A stretch of 64,000 nucleotides of DNA from Kudoa neothunni (taxonomy: Eukaryota; Animalia; Cnidaria), in NCBI GenBank assembly GCA_964304625.1, contig OZ199839.1, forward strand, positions 883,616 through 947,615, in the 5' to 3' direction. This document shows, piece by piece, positions 9,743 through 24,200 of the stretch. The position numbers and the translations under genes are program-made. The notes beneath the pieces were generated by a model, which ran no database searches, was not told where the DNA came from, and saw only the letters and a list, made by a program, of their open reading frames with translations. The number at the start of each line of letters is the position of its first letter. The first letter of the stretch is position 1.

Positions 9743-12700
9743 GTCTGTATGTACCAAGCTTATTTTTGGGTTGATCTCTGTTAACAGTTGAGTTAGAGTT
9801 GATCTCATTCGAAGGCCGATTATATTTCTCGATTAAATTTTTGTATGACTTTAAGTTTCTAATATTATCATTATCTCCTCGATTTTCTAATTTGAATTAA
9901 CTTAAATATCAAATATCTTTTTATTTAGGATACCGCTCCTATTTTTGATGGTTTTGTCGATTTTGAAACCTGCAAAGAATGGGTTTTATCGAGTTGTAAT
10001 ACGAAGCAAAATGAATTTAAATTACTTCTCTTTCAAAATTAGAAAATAAAATTCCATTTATTAATTAAAAAATTATTGTGTGATAATAGTCGGAGTCTGA
10101 TTATTTTTCTGTAAAAGAGCTACTAAAGTCTTTAAAAAGAATGTTTTGAATAATTAAAAATATCCTTCTTAATACATTCTTAGAACGATGATGATTGTTT
10201 GCATGTAAAGAATAAAAATCGTGTGGTTCATTTTTCGTTAACCCTGTTAGAAGACACTTTTAATAAAATTTCTCTATTTTTGTTACTTTTATGTTGATTT
10301 GGAATATTTTTATTTATGTTAAAATTAGAAAGAACATCGTTAAATCCCATTACTTTGACAACCAAAGAGATAAAGTATGACAATTTGCAACATATAATGT
10401 TTTATTAATGTCATTATTTAATTTGGTGATATTTTTGTTGGAAAACATTTCATAAAAGCATCTATTAGAATTAAGCGTGATAATGATGTATTAAGATAGT
10501 AACAAGTGTTAAATTTTTTAATTTATTTACTTAAAGTGTTGCTGAGTAAAGAATTCGATATTTAATTGTAAGTTTAACATTAAATAAACAATAATATTAT
10601 TGACCGAGAATTTCCATTTAGATAATATATTTTCGCATAATATATGAGATCTTGTTATAGATAATTCAACAAGCCCACATGAGATCAAATCTGTAATGTT
10701 GCAACTTTATTTGTTGCAACATTATTCTGGTTTTTGATTATTAAGAATAATAGATCGTCAAATTTAATTTTGTGAATGAATTTATCTTTATAAAATATTT
10801 ATTAAGGATATATGTTGGAAAAAATTTCTTAGCACACATAAATCGTACAATAAGTGTAGCTTAGGATTGCATATCGTAAAATAAAAACATATAATTTTTT
10901 TTAATGATAATTATTTAAATATAATTATTGTGCTGAAAAAAGTTCCCAAGGAAATTTAAATATAAATGCATTAATTCGTGCAATAAATTAATATAAAACA
11001 TTGGTTTAACTATCCAACTGCCATCATATTCATTTAAACTCAGGCATGTGGAAAAAATAACATAATTCATTTTTTTAAAAATAGTTGATTAATTACATGC
11101 TAATAGGTCCCATATTCATCCTTGCGACCTCAACAAAACAATATATTTTTTTAAATTAAAGGATAAAATAGAAAAAACTTCTCATTTGATTTTATTAATT
11201 CTCATTATCTCGTATTAATCACTGCGACAAATTATAATGAAAATATATAAAATCAATAGAATCATGCTCAAGATTATTAAAATGTCATAAATGTTTTGTA
11301 AATTTTATTTTTAAACTGTAATAACAATTTATTTTGAAAAAGAATAATTATACATTCTCTTGAAGTGTAGTTGTCGCAGAAAAAATATTACATATCACTC
11401 ACTATGAAATTACTTTCATACATACTATAATCCAGCACTCCCATGCCAATCTCTACCTTCGATCCACACCCTTATTCAATAATCAGAGCTAATTTCATAT
11501 CTAATATCGATTTTTACTCTTCAGGAATATTATTTAACAATAATAAATAATTAAATACATTAAATAATATGTTGGATTTTATAATTAATCCATTAATGAA
11601 ACATTTAGGTACTATGCCTACATCTTTATTAATAGATTAAATTAGTATTATTAGAAACGAATTAACATACTTAGATGTGCGTAAATTTATGAGCAAGCAA
11701 CTTATAGTTTATTAATTAGCAAATTCAACGTGTTGTATTATTTAAAATGTAGTAATTATTTCAAGTAAAATTATATTCTAATGGTTTCTAAAATTTGTAT
11801 TTTTTATTATAATATTTTATTCAGTAATTTTCTTTGAAATCTCTTAATTTTTTAAAAGCTATTTTATTCGGTTTTATTGATTGGCTTTTAATCTGTTCTA
11901 CTTTAGAATAAAATTGATCCTATGAACTATGAATATTATATTATCATTAAAAAGTTTACCTAACGAATGAGAAAAGGAATATTTCATCATATTGCATTAA
12001 AAAAATTATAATTATAATTTTTTAGATAACCTTAGATTTAGCCAAAATAACTGATGGTATATTCCTGATATTCTTTTTTTTTCTATTCTTTTATAAATAT
12101 ATTCAAATTACGACGACTAACTATGAATTATACGTACAATATATTTAATTATTTAAAATTACTAATAACCTTCTGATTAAAATAATTTAGGAGTTGATTT
12201 ATCGTATGAAAATTTATTATAAATCATTTATTTATAATATCTTGCTATATGAATTGGAATTTTCAAGATTATTATTTTATTATTATTTATTAGAATTCTT
12301 TTTAATTCATTAGTTTGTTGATAGAAATTAGTGATAAAAGTTAAATATAATTAGAAATCTATAATTTCGCAATATCATTTATTATTGACCAATATTAAAA
12401 TAAGACTTTAAAGAATTTTTTAACTAATTATGAATATTACAAATAATAATCATATTTAACTTATAAACCGTATATTTTACATTATTATTTCTCTTACCTC
12501 TTATTTTAATTAAATCTAAAAAATTTTATGCGATAATTTTTGAATCCTAACTAATCAATTAATATAATGGATTCTATTTGAAAATAATACATAGTAAATA
12601 TTGGATAAAATTAAATAAACAAAAAATGTTCAATTTATTAATTTTGAATAGAGAATTAAAAAAAAACAATTAATTAAAGGTGAATTAAAATGAGATTATT

Positions 12701-13044
12701 TTTAAGGAGAGTTGTTTGTTTAATATGAGAAATTAAATCTGTTATATTATTATCACAATTTTATTTCAAATAAAAATTTATAAAATTCATTGAATCAAAT
12801 CATATAAGCTGTTTAGAAAATTTCGGTATTATTTTAAATAATAATATTTTCATTAAAACAGTCGGAATTTAAAATTTTTCCGACTAAACTTTTTTTCTGA
12901 AAACCCATCGTTAACTATTGAAAACGCGATTAAAGTTATTCAGATTCTATATATGTATATTCAATAGTTCCTCGCATGAATACTTTAATATAGATTAATA
13001 ACCGTAAGCTAAGAAATTATATCGTATATTCACAGTATCCTCAA

Positions 13045-16000
13045 ATGGTATTACTATCAGTGAAATCGAACCACGGATCATTGTTTTGCCTGTTGATTTT
13101 TACACGTGATTTCGTTGATTATTAATTATTATTGATGTTTATTAGTAGTGTTGAAAAAATGTGTCTCAGCGCAGGATATTGATAATAACATAATGAAATT
13201 AAATTTTTCAAAAAATGATGATGAAAAATACGTTGTTTCTCTCTCTGGTTATCACATTCAAAATAGTAACAAAAAGTGTGCATTACAATACTACGATAAT
13301 ACGACGTCATTACTTGAAGCTATTCCAACGTGCACCACTGATATAACGGATACTAATACTAAAATTGATTCCGATTCAAAAAAATGCATCTATGATTGTA
13401 AAAAAGTGGAATTAAAAATTAGTTGGGAATATTTAAAAAAAATAAAATATCTAAGGTGGTGTCAGGGGAAAGACGAAGCTGATGTCAAAAATTGTCCTAT
13501 AAAGAGAGTTTATAAGGTCAAAGGTAACATCAGTTATGTTGATATTGTATAACGAATATTATTAGATATTTATCTTAAAACTTTATTGGGAATAAAAAAA
13601 TCGAATAACCAATTTGATGTTTCCATCAAAAGTAAATTTAACATGGGCCTCGAAGTGAAAGCTGACGATTTTCAGGAATTCAACCAGGATAAAGGTAGCG
13701 ATTTTTATACAGTAAAATCAATTCAATTTAATAAAAAATTACATGTATCAAAATATGTTGTAAAATTCAAAGATAATTTACCTGAAATATTTTTGAATCC
13801 GAAAAAAACTGTTGAAGACTGGTTCATTGCAACTGGGTCAAAATCAGGATCTACTAATAAGCATTATTTTACAATAACACTACAAAATCCCGAACCATCT
13901 AAATTGTGCTACTTTGGAATAAAAGATATTAATGACTCGCACTTTTCATCATCTTGCTCTATAAGGAATAAAGCTGGTCCATGCCTTCAACCTTGTTACA
14001 AGGCGACATTGTTCCGTGATAATGATCTGAATTTTGCTCAAGTGATTGTAAAATCAGCAGGAAAATCAACTTCGAGAGAGTTTATTCAAACCGTTACATG
14101 TATTCAGTAATTTTCTTGTTAGTTATATATATTTTATTAGTTGGGAGTGATCAACCAGTTGTTGCTCTTTCGACTGAAACTAATATGAAAGTTACGATTA
14201 ATCTATCAAATTTAAATGAAAATGAAGGTAATAATGGTGCTGTAGATGGGGCAAAAGTCGCCGAAATAAAATTAATAAAGAAGTTTATGGGAACAGAAAA
14301 TGCTTGGGATAATGCAGCATGTGAAAATAGTAGTAGTGGTTTCAGCCAAAAAACTATAACAGGACTTGAACCGTTAACTGAATACATTTTAAAAGTTAAA
14401 ATAACTGGTCTAACCACCGTAGATTCTCCCGAAGTGGATCATTATCATCGCTATTTTTATTTTAAAACTAAAGGTAAAAACAAACATAAGATATATTTTT
14501 CAAATTATTCATTAGGGAGAGATTTTAACGGTGATAAGAATATTACACCAAGCCCTGTCAGCAATGAAAATACACAATTGACGTTAGATCCATCCAATCT
14601 TTTCTCTATTGGAACTAATATTGGCGAAATTTGTGAGCTGTATTATTCTGTTGAAGGAGATGTAACATCCAAATTTCCTGCTACATGCAAAGAAGGTACA
14701 AACAAACTTTTTTGTTCAGACAGCTGTGCGAATACATTTACTATTATAAATCTTAATCCTAAAACAAGTTACATAATTACAGTTTGCTCAAAAGATTACA
14801 CATGTGTTGATAGCCCTGCTACTTCTAGTAATTTATATATAGTAGATTCATAATTATTCTAAATAGCTAGTGGAACCGTTGTAACAATTAATGTCTTGGC
14901 AAATGCGGGAACAAAGAAAACGACAGCCACAATTGTTACAAATAATGAAAATCTAGGGAATTTATGGGGATATATTCTCTTGGAAAAAGATTCCATGGAA
15001 TCCTTACTTGATTGTTTGAATAGCGCGTGCAATCCGGCTGTAACCGCAAACGCTGTGGTTTTTGAATGGCAAACTCTCATGGTTGATACTGCCTACGAAC
15101 TAGTTGTAATTAATAAAGATTATGCCTTGCCAAAGAAAACTGACATATCAAGTAATTAATTTATAAAAAATGAATGTAAGTGATTTAGGAGAAATTGTTG
15201 ATGATAATCCAAATATGATTATGCGATTTGGTTCAACAAAAAATAAATATAAAGCGAAATTCAAGGGTGACTTGTTCCCCAGTAATGAGAAAATATGCAC
15301 AGTTAAAATATTCAATGAGGAACTCACTAGTTTTGAAAATGTCTCAGACGATACCGCGAATGTTCAAAAAAAATGCAACCAGCTTGATGGAGAATTTGCC
15401 ATTAATCATAATAGCCAGAACAAACGAAATTATATTGCGATCAGTCATTCAGAAACTAAGGAACCTGTCTCTATTTCATCAAGTATTGTTATAACAATTA
15501 TTCACACAACTTTTTGTAGTGTTTTTTACGTTTTCAACAAAATATATTTTTCAGATTCACAACCAGCCGAATCGAGAGAAGCTTCAAAACCAAAAACAAC
15601 CACCTATACTGTTGGGCGAATCTTTTCATACTACATTTGTAATATTAATTTTAGTAATTACTGTAACTTGTTTAAGATCATTATGAGGAGATAACGCATA
15701 TAGCGACATTGTATGAGGATAAGATCAAATTTTCAGTAAACAAGTGCCCCCTGAGCTGCCATGGATATAAAGATGATAAAACCCCAGTTTCGTTGACCAG
15801 AACGACATCTGGGAAACCTTGTACTTCCAGCAGTCTTTCTATTCCATTTGATGAGTTAATCGAAGACTACTACTTAAGTTGTTCAAAATATTTCGACTTT
15901 CATTATTTTTATGACAATACGTTTATTACTAATTACTCACCTGTATTCAGCAGATTTTATTATGATTTAACTGTCGATGATAAAAAAAATAATTTGACTA

Positions 16001-19000
16001 TTAAATTGGTTAACGAAGAACCTTCTGAAATATGCACATTTGAATGGATCGACGCAACTAACTCATCTCCTCATAGATTTTTCTCAAATATTTGCGAGAA
16101 TAATGCCAACTGCGTTTATAGTATGTGCAGTAACGTTACGTTTGAAAATATTCCAACAGGTGTGAAGGCAGTAAAAATACGCGTTCTCAAATTAGGAATG
16201 GAACCTACTGTTGGCTACCAAAACAACATTTATATACGTAGTTTTTTAATATATGTATAATATAAACAAACCTTTTAGTGAAACATGGTGATGATGTTCC
16301 TGTAACAACATCGACCGATGCCAGCAAAATAAAAATTAATATTAGCAATAAAAATAAGGACGAAAATGGTGTTGTTGAAACTAATAAACCTGTTGCAACA
16401 TGCGAGTTGAAAATATGGAATGTATATGCCCCATTAGTCAGTGAAACTGGAAGGAAATCTGTTTCAGATTCAACAAGCTGTACTTTCGAAGAAATTAATA
16501 TTACTCCAAATTCAATTGATTTGCCAAATGATATTATGGTTACAATAAAAAATATACCGAATTATACGCCTAGAAAATACTTTTACCATAAAATAAGTAT
16601 TTCTAAATAATTTTAGATTTTACAATAAATATTTTAGCTCCATCAAACCCTCTATCTGCTCAAGATAGTCAAGTTAATCCAACTAAAGACGGATTCACAC
16701 TTACTCCAAATTCTGGTACACCAAATATTTGCAAAATTTACATAAAAGAGAATGATGCGCTTTATTATTATCCTGCTACATGTTTACAAAATAAATTATG
16801 TGTGGATAAATGCAGTGTATCGTTCACTATCGTTAAGTTGCATTCGGACACCAACTATGTTATAAAAATTGTACCTAGTGGAAACTATGCGATTAAAACC
16901 ATTGAAAATATGAAAACAAGTAAAAACTTTGTTGATTATTAAATGTATTATAAATAGATGGAAACAATATTGAATTTAAAGTTTCGTCTGATTCTACCAA
17001 AAATTCTCTAATAATCAAACCAACACAAACTATTCAAAATGAAAGTGATGTTAACTGTTATTATCAATTATATGTGCACGAAAATGACGATAGTAATAAA
17101 ATTAACTTTACTTTACTTTTGTAAGTTTTGTTAGCTTCACCAACACGAATAAAACAGTCATGTGTTGAATGCGATAAGGGAACGAATAATAATAATAATA
17201 ACAACAAAAAATGCAACGATATTCGTTTTAATGATAAGTTCTATAACAACAAGCATAATTACAGATTAATGATTTATGTGAATGAGAAATCTTCACCATT
17301 TAAAATCGCGATTCCAGGTAGAATTAATTAAATTTTTGTACGTGATATTTCCTTAGCCTTTTCTCGAATTGGAAAACTTACACAAAAATTTATAAAACAA
17401 TCTCCTGGTGAAATTGAAAAATTATTAATTACCTTATCTGAGTTTCCAGATGGAAATAAATGTGGCGTAAAAATATCAAATTTTGATAAGATTTCTGAAT
17501 TCATTAAACCAACCTGTTCTTCATCTCATGACAATATTTTTTGCATGATGGAGTGCAATAAAGCAAATGCTGATATAGGTTATGTTAATTCTAAAGTCGA
17601 TCGATATTTATCAGTTTGTTATGGAGAAACTAACGATGACGCGAAAACTTGCAAAAATTCCCAAGTTTTCTCAGTCAAAATGGGTAAGTATATGATTATT
17701 ATTTAAACAATTAAGATTAAAAAAGTATAAAAACTTTACTTTCTATGACAATTAATTATTGTTAATATTATTTCAATTATCTTTTAGACACTAATCAAAA
17801 AAATACATACAAAATAACTCATGATAACGGCCAAATAAAATTTTCATACAAAACCACATCAATTAATTATTTCGAGGTATTCGTTGATGGAAATGATGAC
17901 ACCTCCAACAATTCCGAAAAAGATAAGTTGAAAGTAGAAAATTATTCAGATCAATTGACAGAAAGATCCGCAACTTTTTCTATTGATAGATATATCAGTT
18001 ATTATAAAATTAACTCAACACTTATGTGGCCTGGAATATTTTATTTTACAAATACTACCTTGCTGAATAGCACTACTCCTCTGAAATCAGAGATTATTTA
18101 TTCTATAGCAGCTGTTGCAAATAATAATAATCAAATTAACATTAGATTCTCTCCTGGTCCATATAATGATGAAATGTGCCATATTCGTATATTTGAAGTG
18201 GATTCTACTGGTCTAGATAAAACAGAAAATTTTTTGAACATCTGTAAAAATAAAGAGGATGGTTGCTACCAACTTTGTCAAGATGCAATTATTAATTTCA
18301 CTGGAGATTATAAAAAGATTGGTGTAGTTGTAAAGCGAAGATTTGATTCTGCTGGATTTACACAATATTTTATAAGTAATACCTGATTTTCCCCAAAATT
18401 TAATTTTTTATAGGAGGTGAAAAGAATTTTGAATTGAGTGGAATCACCGATTCTGGAGTTACGCTTACCGGCCTAGAACATTACAAGTTGCTCAAACAGG
18501 GAGATAATCAACAAACATGCACGATTAAAATACGTATGGCGAATACTATATCTACTGATACGACATCTCAATGTAACACTAGTGGTTGTGACAATAATTG
18601 TGAAAAGTCATATAAAATTTCTGATCTGGCAGCTGGTACAAATTACATGATTTCCGTAACAATTTCGGATCTCGGTTTTCAGCGACCATATGTAAAAAGA
18701 GTTGCTTTTAGAACGAGTAAAATTTAACTACAACTAAATAACGTATAAAATATCTAGCTGACGGAACTGACGTGGCTGCACCAGGAAATTCAAAATTAAT
18801 AACTGAAGGAGGCACTGCTACTTTGACACCTTTTGGGACTAATGATTCATTACCTATATGTAGAATTTACCTTAAAAGAATGAATGGAAAAACTCCAATG
18901 TTTATGGCTATATGTGATGAAATCGGCGCTTGCGAGGATACATGCAACAGTTCATTTAAAATAGTAAACCTCGAATTGGGTGTTGCATACAAAGCATATG

Positions 19001-19959
19001 TGGAACCTTCATACGGACGAAAAATGAAAGAATATGATATTACAACAGGTAAAATATATTTTGCCATAATTTAATAAATGAGTTTAATAGCTAACGTACA
19101 GACAAATGTTGCGTTAACATATGACAATGATGGTGGTATAAAAATTGATGTTCAATATAATGGAAAACAAAATGACCCTAAATGCCCATTCATGCTACAC
19201 GAGAAAATTGATGCAAACAAACCGGAGCCAATAGTTGTTTGGTGTAGTGACGAAGAGGAATGTTCCGCCAATAGATGCGTCATCAATCTCAATGGGTTAT
19301 CGAAAGAAAAGGATTATAAATTAAGTGTGAAAGTGAAGGATTTGTCAACTTATAGAATCCATGATATTCCTTGTAAATTACAATCTCAAAATTTAATAAT
19401 TTTCTAAAAATTAAAAATATTTTATACGATAAAGACTTGAATAATTCAAAATCCCCAGGGTATTATTAATATTATTAGATACTTATATATTAAATGTTAT
19501 GTTTAGTAAACTTTACATCGATATTAATGGAATCTGAATATTTATAGAAGAGCATAACATAAGGAGCGAATATATCAATATTTTGGTAGATGGCATTGTT
19601 CAAAAAATAATCAGGAAAGTTGAAAGAGGGTAATAATATTATTATTATTAATATTTGTAATTTCTTTTAATTTAGTATATTTTTATATTAAATCAATTAA
19701 CACTAAAGAAACACGTAGATAGCAAGGAAAAACATGACCAAGAGGCTGCGAAAAATATTAATTCGTAATTTAGATAGATATTAAATATTTTTAATTTTTT
19801 ATAGATCTTTCGGAAGATATATGTAAAGTATTATGTAATATTTCGTATTTGACTTATTTTAGTGTTTACGCAATGATTCCAATTGTGGCCGGATTAATAG
19901 CAGTGATGGGATTAGTAATTTACAGGAGAAAACCTAATGATGATGCATATGAGCTGTAA
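13045..19959 (+). CDS. Large multi-exon type I membrane protein with ~18 Cys-rich FN3-like modules (uncharacterised)
   Basis: Spliced signal peptide MVLLSVKSNHGSLFCLLIFT-LVLKKCVSA. About 18 ectodomain exons joined in frame by phase-1 GT-AG introns, mostly ~37-42 nt (exon starts 13146, 13566, 14141, 14516, 14867, 15189, 15555, 15677, 16279, 16638, 16958, 17135, 17357, 17788, 18414, 18758, 19091). FN3-type GLEPLTEY, NLNPKTSY, DLAAGTNY motifs. TM and tail VYAMIPIVAGLIAVMGLVIY-RRKPNDDAYEL*. Splicing at 19435-19765 is uncertain. Confidence 0.8.
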
Positions 19960-21249
19960 GCACATCGATTCAGTCGTGGATTGATTTTATTATTATTATT
20001 ATTCCAAAGATAATTTTTTTGTCATTTTTTGAATTTACATTTATTTAAGTATATTTGATATAATAATTAGAGGGATATTTCATTTTATAAGAATAGTTTT
20101 CATATTAATATAAATCCAAAGAATTTTACTATTTTCACAATCAGATTGGTTAATCTGATTATATTATAATTAAAGATGAAAATTATGCCCTTTACTAGCG
20201 ATTATTGTTGTTGATTATAATTTATGTATTATTGTGGCAGATATAAGTATAAAAATCACACCCGTCTAATTTTTTAATACATTGTAAACAAATAGGACTT
20301 TTTATTTTAAATATATATTTTCAAAATATGTTTCAATAATTCATTTTAATCTAATCGTTTATCGTCTCATCAATGGGGTTTCTGTTTGAAAATGCCATTT
20401 ATGAAAATTATTAATTCTCAGGTTAAAAAATGCGATTTATTGTAATAAAAAACAACATTGGTTATTTCAACGAAATTTTCTAATATCGTTTTATTAAATT
20501 TCCTAATATTCACGGACAAAATAGAGTAAATTGTTATTATTTAAGTTTTTGACTGTAGAAACATTTTGTTATATACTTTTTTAGTATTAGTAAAAATTTA
20601 TAAATAAGGTGAGTAAAACAAATATAATATAACTAATTAAAGTAGATAATATTTAACAAATTTAATTTTTTATAAATTTTTATTTAATTCGGAGATCTTA
20701 ATTTTTTAAAAATAAATACTAATTTATTATGTCGATTATTGAATAAATAATAGTTTATGACAAATTTTTATTATAAAGTAACCACGATTACCTTTAAATT
20801 TGTTTAAACTAATTTTTCAATAATAAATACACAGAAACACGTTTCTTTAAAAATTATTAATATAAACGATTAATTCAAAAATCTACATAATTATGAAGTT
20901 TTTTAGGAGGTTTTTTTTGAAATACTCAAATATTTCTTTTCATGTAATTATTGAAATTTATTTTTTGATGATTCGAAATCAAAGAAAGTACTTATATATT
21001 CTGAATGGAAATAATAAATGAATGATCAAGATCCAACAAAGTTTTCTTATTCAATCAGTAAACCTCCAACTTATCTGATTGAAATTAAAAAAGGTACTAC
21101 TAAAATACAACAAACAAAACCAATAATAATTTGACAATAATTTTAATGGAACTTCGAAATTTATCTTTCTCATTAAATTCTATTAATAATTAATAAATTC
21201 ATTAAATAATAAAAATAATCTAATAATAATTTTTTATAATTATATTTGA

Positions 21250-24200
21250 GGCCGGGTAAGTTTCGCCAGAATCGCGCACGCACGAACTATCATACATAAA
21301 ATATGGCGCGCAAATTACATTGCGTGGAAAATAATGAACCAAAACAAGAGTACGTATTTTAAATTAGAAATAACCTAAAATAAAGATAAACTTTATATAT
21401 TGCTGTTATAATCAAGATATTAAAACAGACCTCTACCAGTACTGTAGATGTCATACAAGAATACGTTAAGATAGGCTGAAAATATTTCAAATGTAAAAAC
21501 TAGAGAGATTAGAACCATTAGGTTTCCATAACCTGAGTGAGTTAGTGACGAAAATATTCGATAGATGCAAATGTATTTTTTTGTAACTTTAATTACGTTA
21601 AGATCACCAGAATGCATTCTGGACTTTTTGCCAATCTTTACAACAATTTGTTCCTGCCTTGTTAATATTGTAATTTAAGAAAAGATTTTGAATTTTATTT
21701 TGTTTAAATTATATCGATTTTATACTTATTCCAGAGTTATCAGTTTTTAATCGTGATTTAATGTTATATAATTTAAAAATATTTCATCTTCCTATTATTA
21801 ACTATTCCATGGTTATTACAAATTTTGATAGCATACTGTGGATGTAATCAATAAATCACTATAGTTCCGATATGATCGAAAGGATAATTTTTGTTATAAA
21901 AAATAACATTTATCGCATAAAAACAGTTTCGTCTTTAACAGATTAGCCATAATCGCGTTCGCGCAAATATATCCATAGATTTATATTACGATATTTTTCT
22001 TTTTAACGTAAGAATATTGATCTGGAATATTGAATTTGTATAAAACTGATTTAATTTTAGTTTATGAATTTTTTATATGACGGTTATGATAGTTTTCTCT
22101 TATATATTTCCTGATATTTTTTTAATCTTCGATCTATAACTTGAAATTTACAATCAAAAACACGCATATACAGATACTAGCTTAATTATTTTATTGATTA
22201 AAATTATTATTTTCAAACATGTTTAAAACGAAATATGTGACGAACAGGAAAATCTAGAAATGTCTATAATTTTAATTTTAGTCTAAAACTTTAAGTATCA
22301 TATAATTAAAAACAATACATCCAATACCTTTACGTTTGTGGTATGTCTGTATTTATTTATTTGTTAATTAACCAGATGTATTTTTACATATTCTATACGC
22401 TTGGAAATGTAAGCCAAACAACAAGTTTAAATTATCCATTGAACGATAGACCTTTTTAAAACATATGGGCAAGAATCGCGGATTATGCTTCTAATCTTTT
22501 ATTTTTCATTCCCGCATATTTCTATTTTGACTGTCATATTGAGGAAGATAGGAGATATAATTTTATCATATGAAAATGGCTTACCTCCTATAGAGGAGAA
22601 ATAATATTCCAAAAGGGTTCCTCAAACCAAATAAATCCTCCGATATATGCTATGGTTAGCAAATTTGAACTTTCTGAAAAATGTTTAAATGTAAAAAAAA
22701 TATATAAACTTTGATTTATTCAAAAATATGATTTATTTCCTAGTTTTTAAATCACAATTTATCTTCTTCAATCAAGATAAAAAATAATTGATTTATAACC
22801 AAACTTTTGGTGTTAACCACAACATAAATAATTTATAACTAATATATGATGAAGAAACTTTATTGTTTTCCGATGATAAAAATATTTAACTACTTAAGAA
22901 TATGTGAAATTAATGACACTGTTAATTAAAATAGAAAACAAATATAAATTTGAGAAATAACGAATTCTCCATTGAAACTTCCATTATTAGTAAATAGGAA
23001 TTGGTTTGAACTAACAAATAATTTCAATGAATCTGTGTCACTGATAGATTCATCAGCTCATTCTAATAAAGTATTGATTGAAAGTTAAGATAATTAGATG
23101 GTAGAAGATGACGTCAAATGACACATTCAACTGTTTAAAAATGCGATAAATACATTACAGAGATTGATATTTTAAATAATAAATGAATTTATCGTATACA
23201 AAAACAATACATTTCGAATGATTAAACAGTTTAAAAATAATATTTTAATAAACAATAAGCTATTAGTATTTGGATATCAATTCTTAAAAATAATTATGCG
23301 TTATACATTCTTCGAGTGTGCATAAAATTACAACAATTGGTCAGTAATGCTAATGCATTTCGAGTACTTTTTTTTATATCGAAGATGTCACAGGAAATCA
23401 CTAACATATCGTCCTAACCTTTGTGATTTACATTATGAGGAATAGTCATATGAATATATTTAAAAATTATATCCTACAAAAATTAATAAATATTATAGCT
23501 GGTATACATATAATTCGAAGTGGAGTCTAATGACTATAAATCATTAACATATAAAGTTATTACGAGCAGAGAAATTTTACTTATTAATTTCACATGATAT
23601 GGTTTATAAAGTTATAATAATAATAATAATATAAAAAAATAAGGAAACACTCAAATAAATGTATATATGTATATTTATTATTATCGTCATATTCTCTTTT
23701 GCAAACAGAATCAATCGAAAAATTGTGGGGTTGATTTGACTCTATTCTTAACAGGTTATTTATTTTTGTTAATCGTTTGTTAAAAGTTTCCATCATATTA
23801 AACGTATATATTATATATAATTTGTATCTCCTAAAATCTTTAATAATATACCATTATTAAACCATAGAGCTCGGGATAAAATTAAATTCATTATGTATAT
23901 ATAATATTATTAAATTCCAAAACATAAAAATATCAATGTTATACACTTCATTTTTAATTTTCATATTTCTGTTATGGAATGTTAGTTGGATTTAAATATT
24001 ATATAAAAGAACTAAATGATGCCGGTCATGTAAGCACCAAACTTAGCAATCAGAACAAATATTTCACCAAAAATAGATTCTAATATTTACATAATTTCCA
24101 TCGGTTTTCGACCAATAACGTGATAACAGATTTAAATATAAATTTAACAGTAGGATTTTGAATCATTTTTTATTATGAGAATAAAAAAAACAAATGGTAA

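Larger units (their letters stand above)
10..10414 (-). pseudogene. Secreted Pro/Glu/Thr-repeat (mucin-like) protein with C-terminal Cys-rich WSC-like domain, copy 1, disrupted
   Basis: Exon-by-exon similarity to 25800-28423. Signal peptide MTLIKHYMLQIVILYLFGCQ from ATG 10414; PTE-rich stalk 636-1302; domain LGCFKE...FLCHCANA...KCYTTNNEGRYDKDGKSSNC...PC. Lesions: in-frame TGA at 1414-1416 (CAA in paralogue), frameshift near 1040, first-intron acceptor reads AA instead of AG (~10314), 8.1 kb LTR insertion at 1594. Confidence 0.8.

Noticed and set aside
11430-11490. GC-richer patch reading GCGSKVEIG on the minus strand (Merlin-like)
   Set aside because: Too short, with no supporting motifs.
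1414-19537. Stop-codon reassignment suggested by in-frame stops (1414, 4369, 9277, 19535)
   Set aside because: The stops are of mixed type and mostly in sequences with other lesions; calnexin, RPB8 and the intact gag-pol read normally in the standard code.
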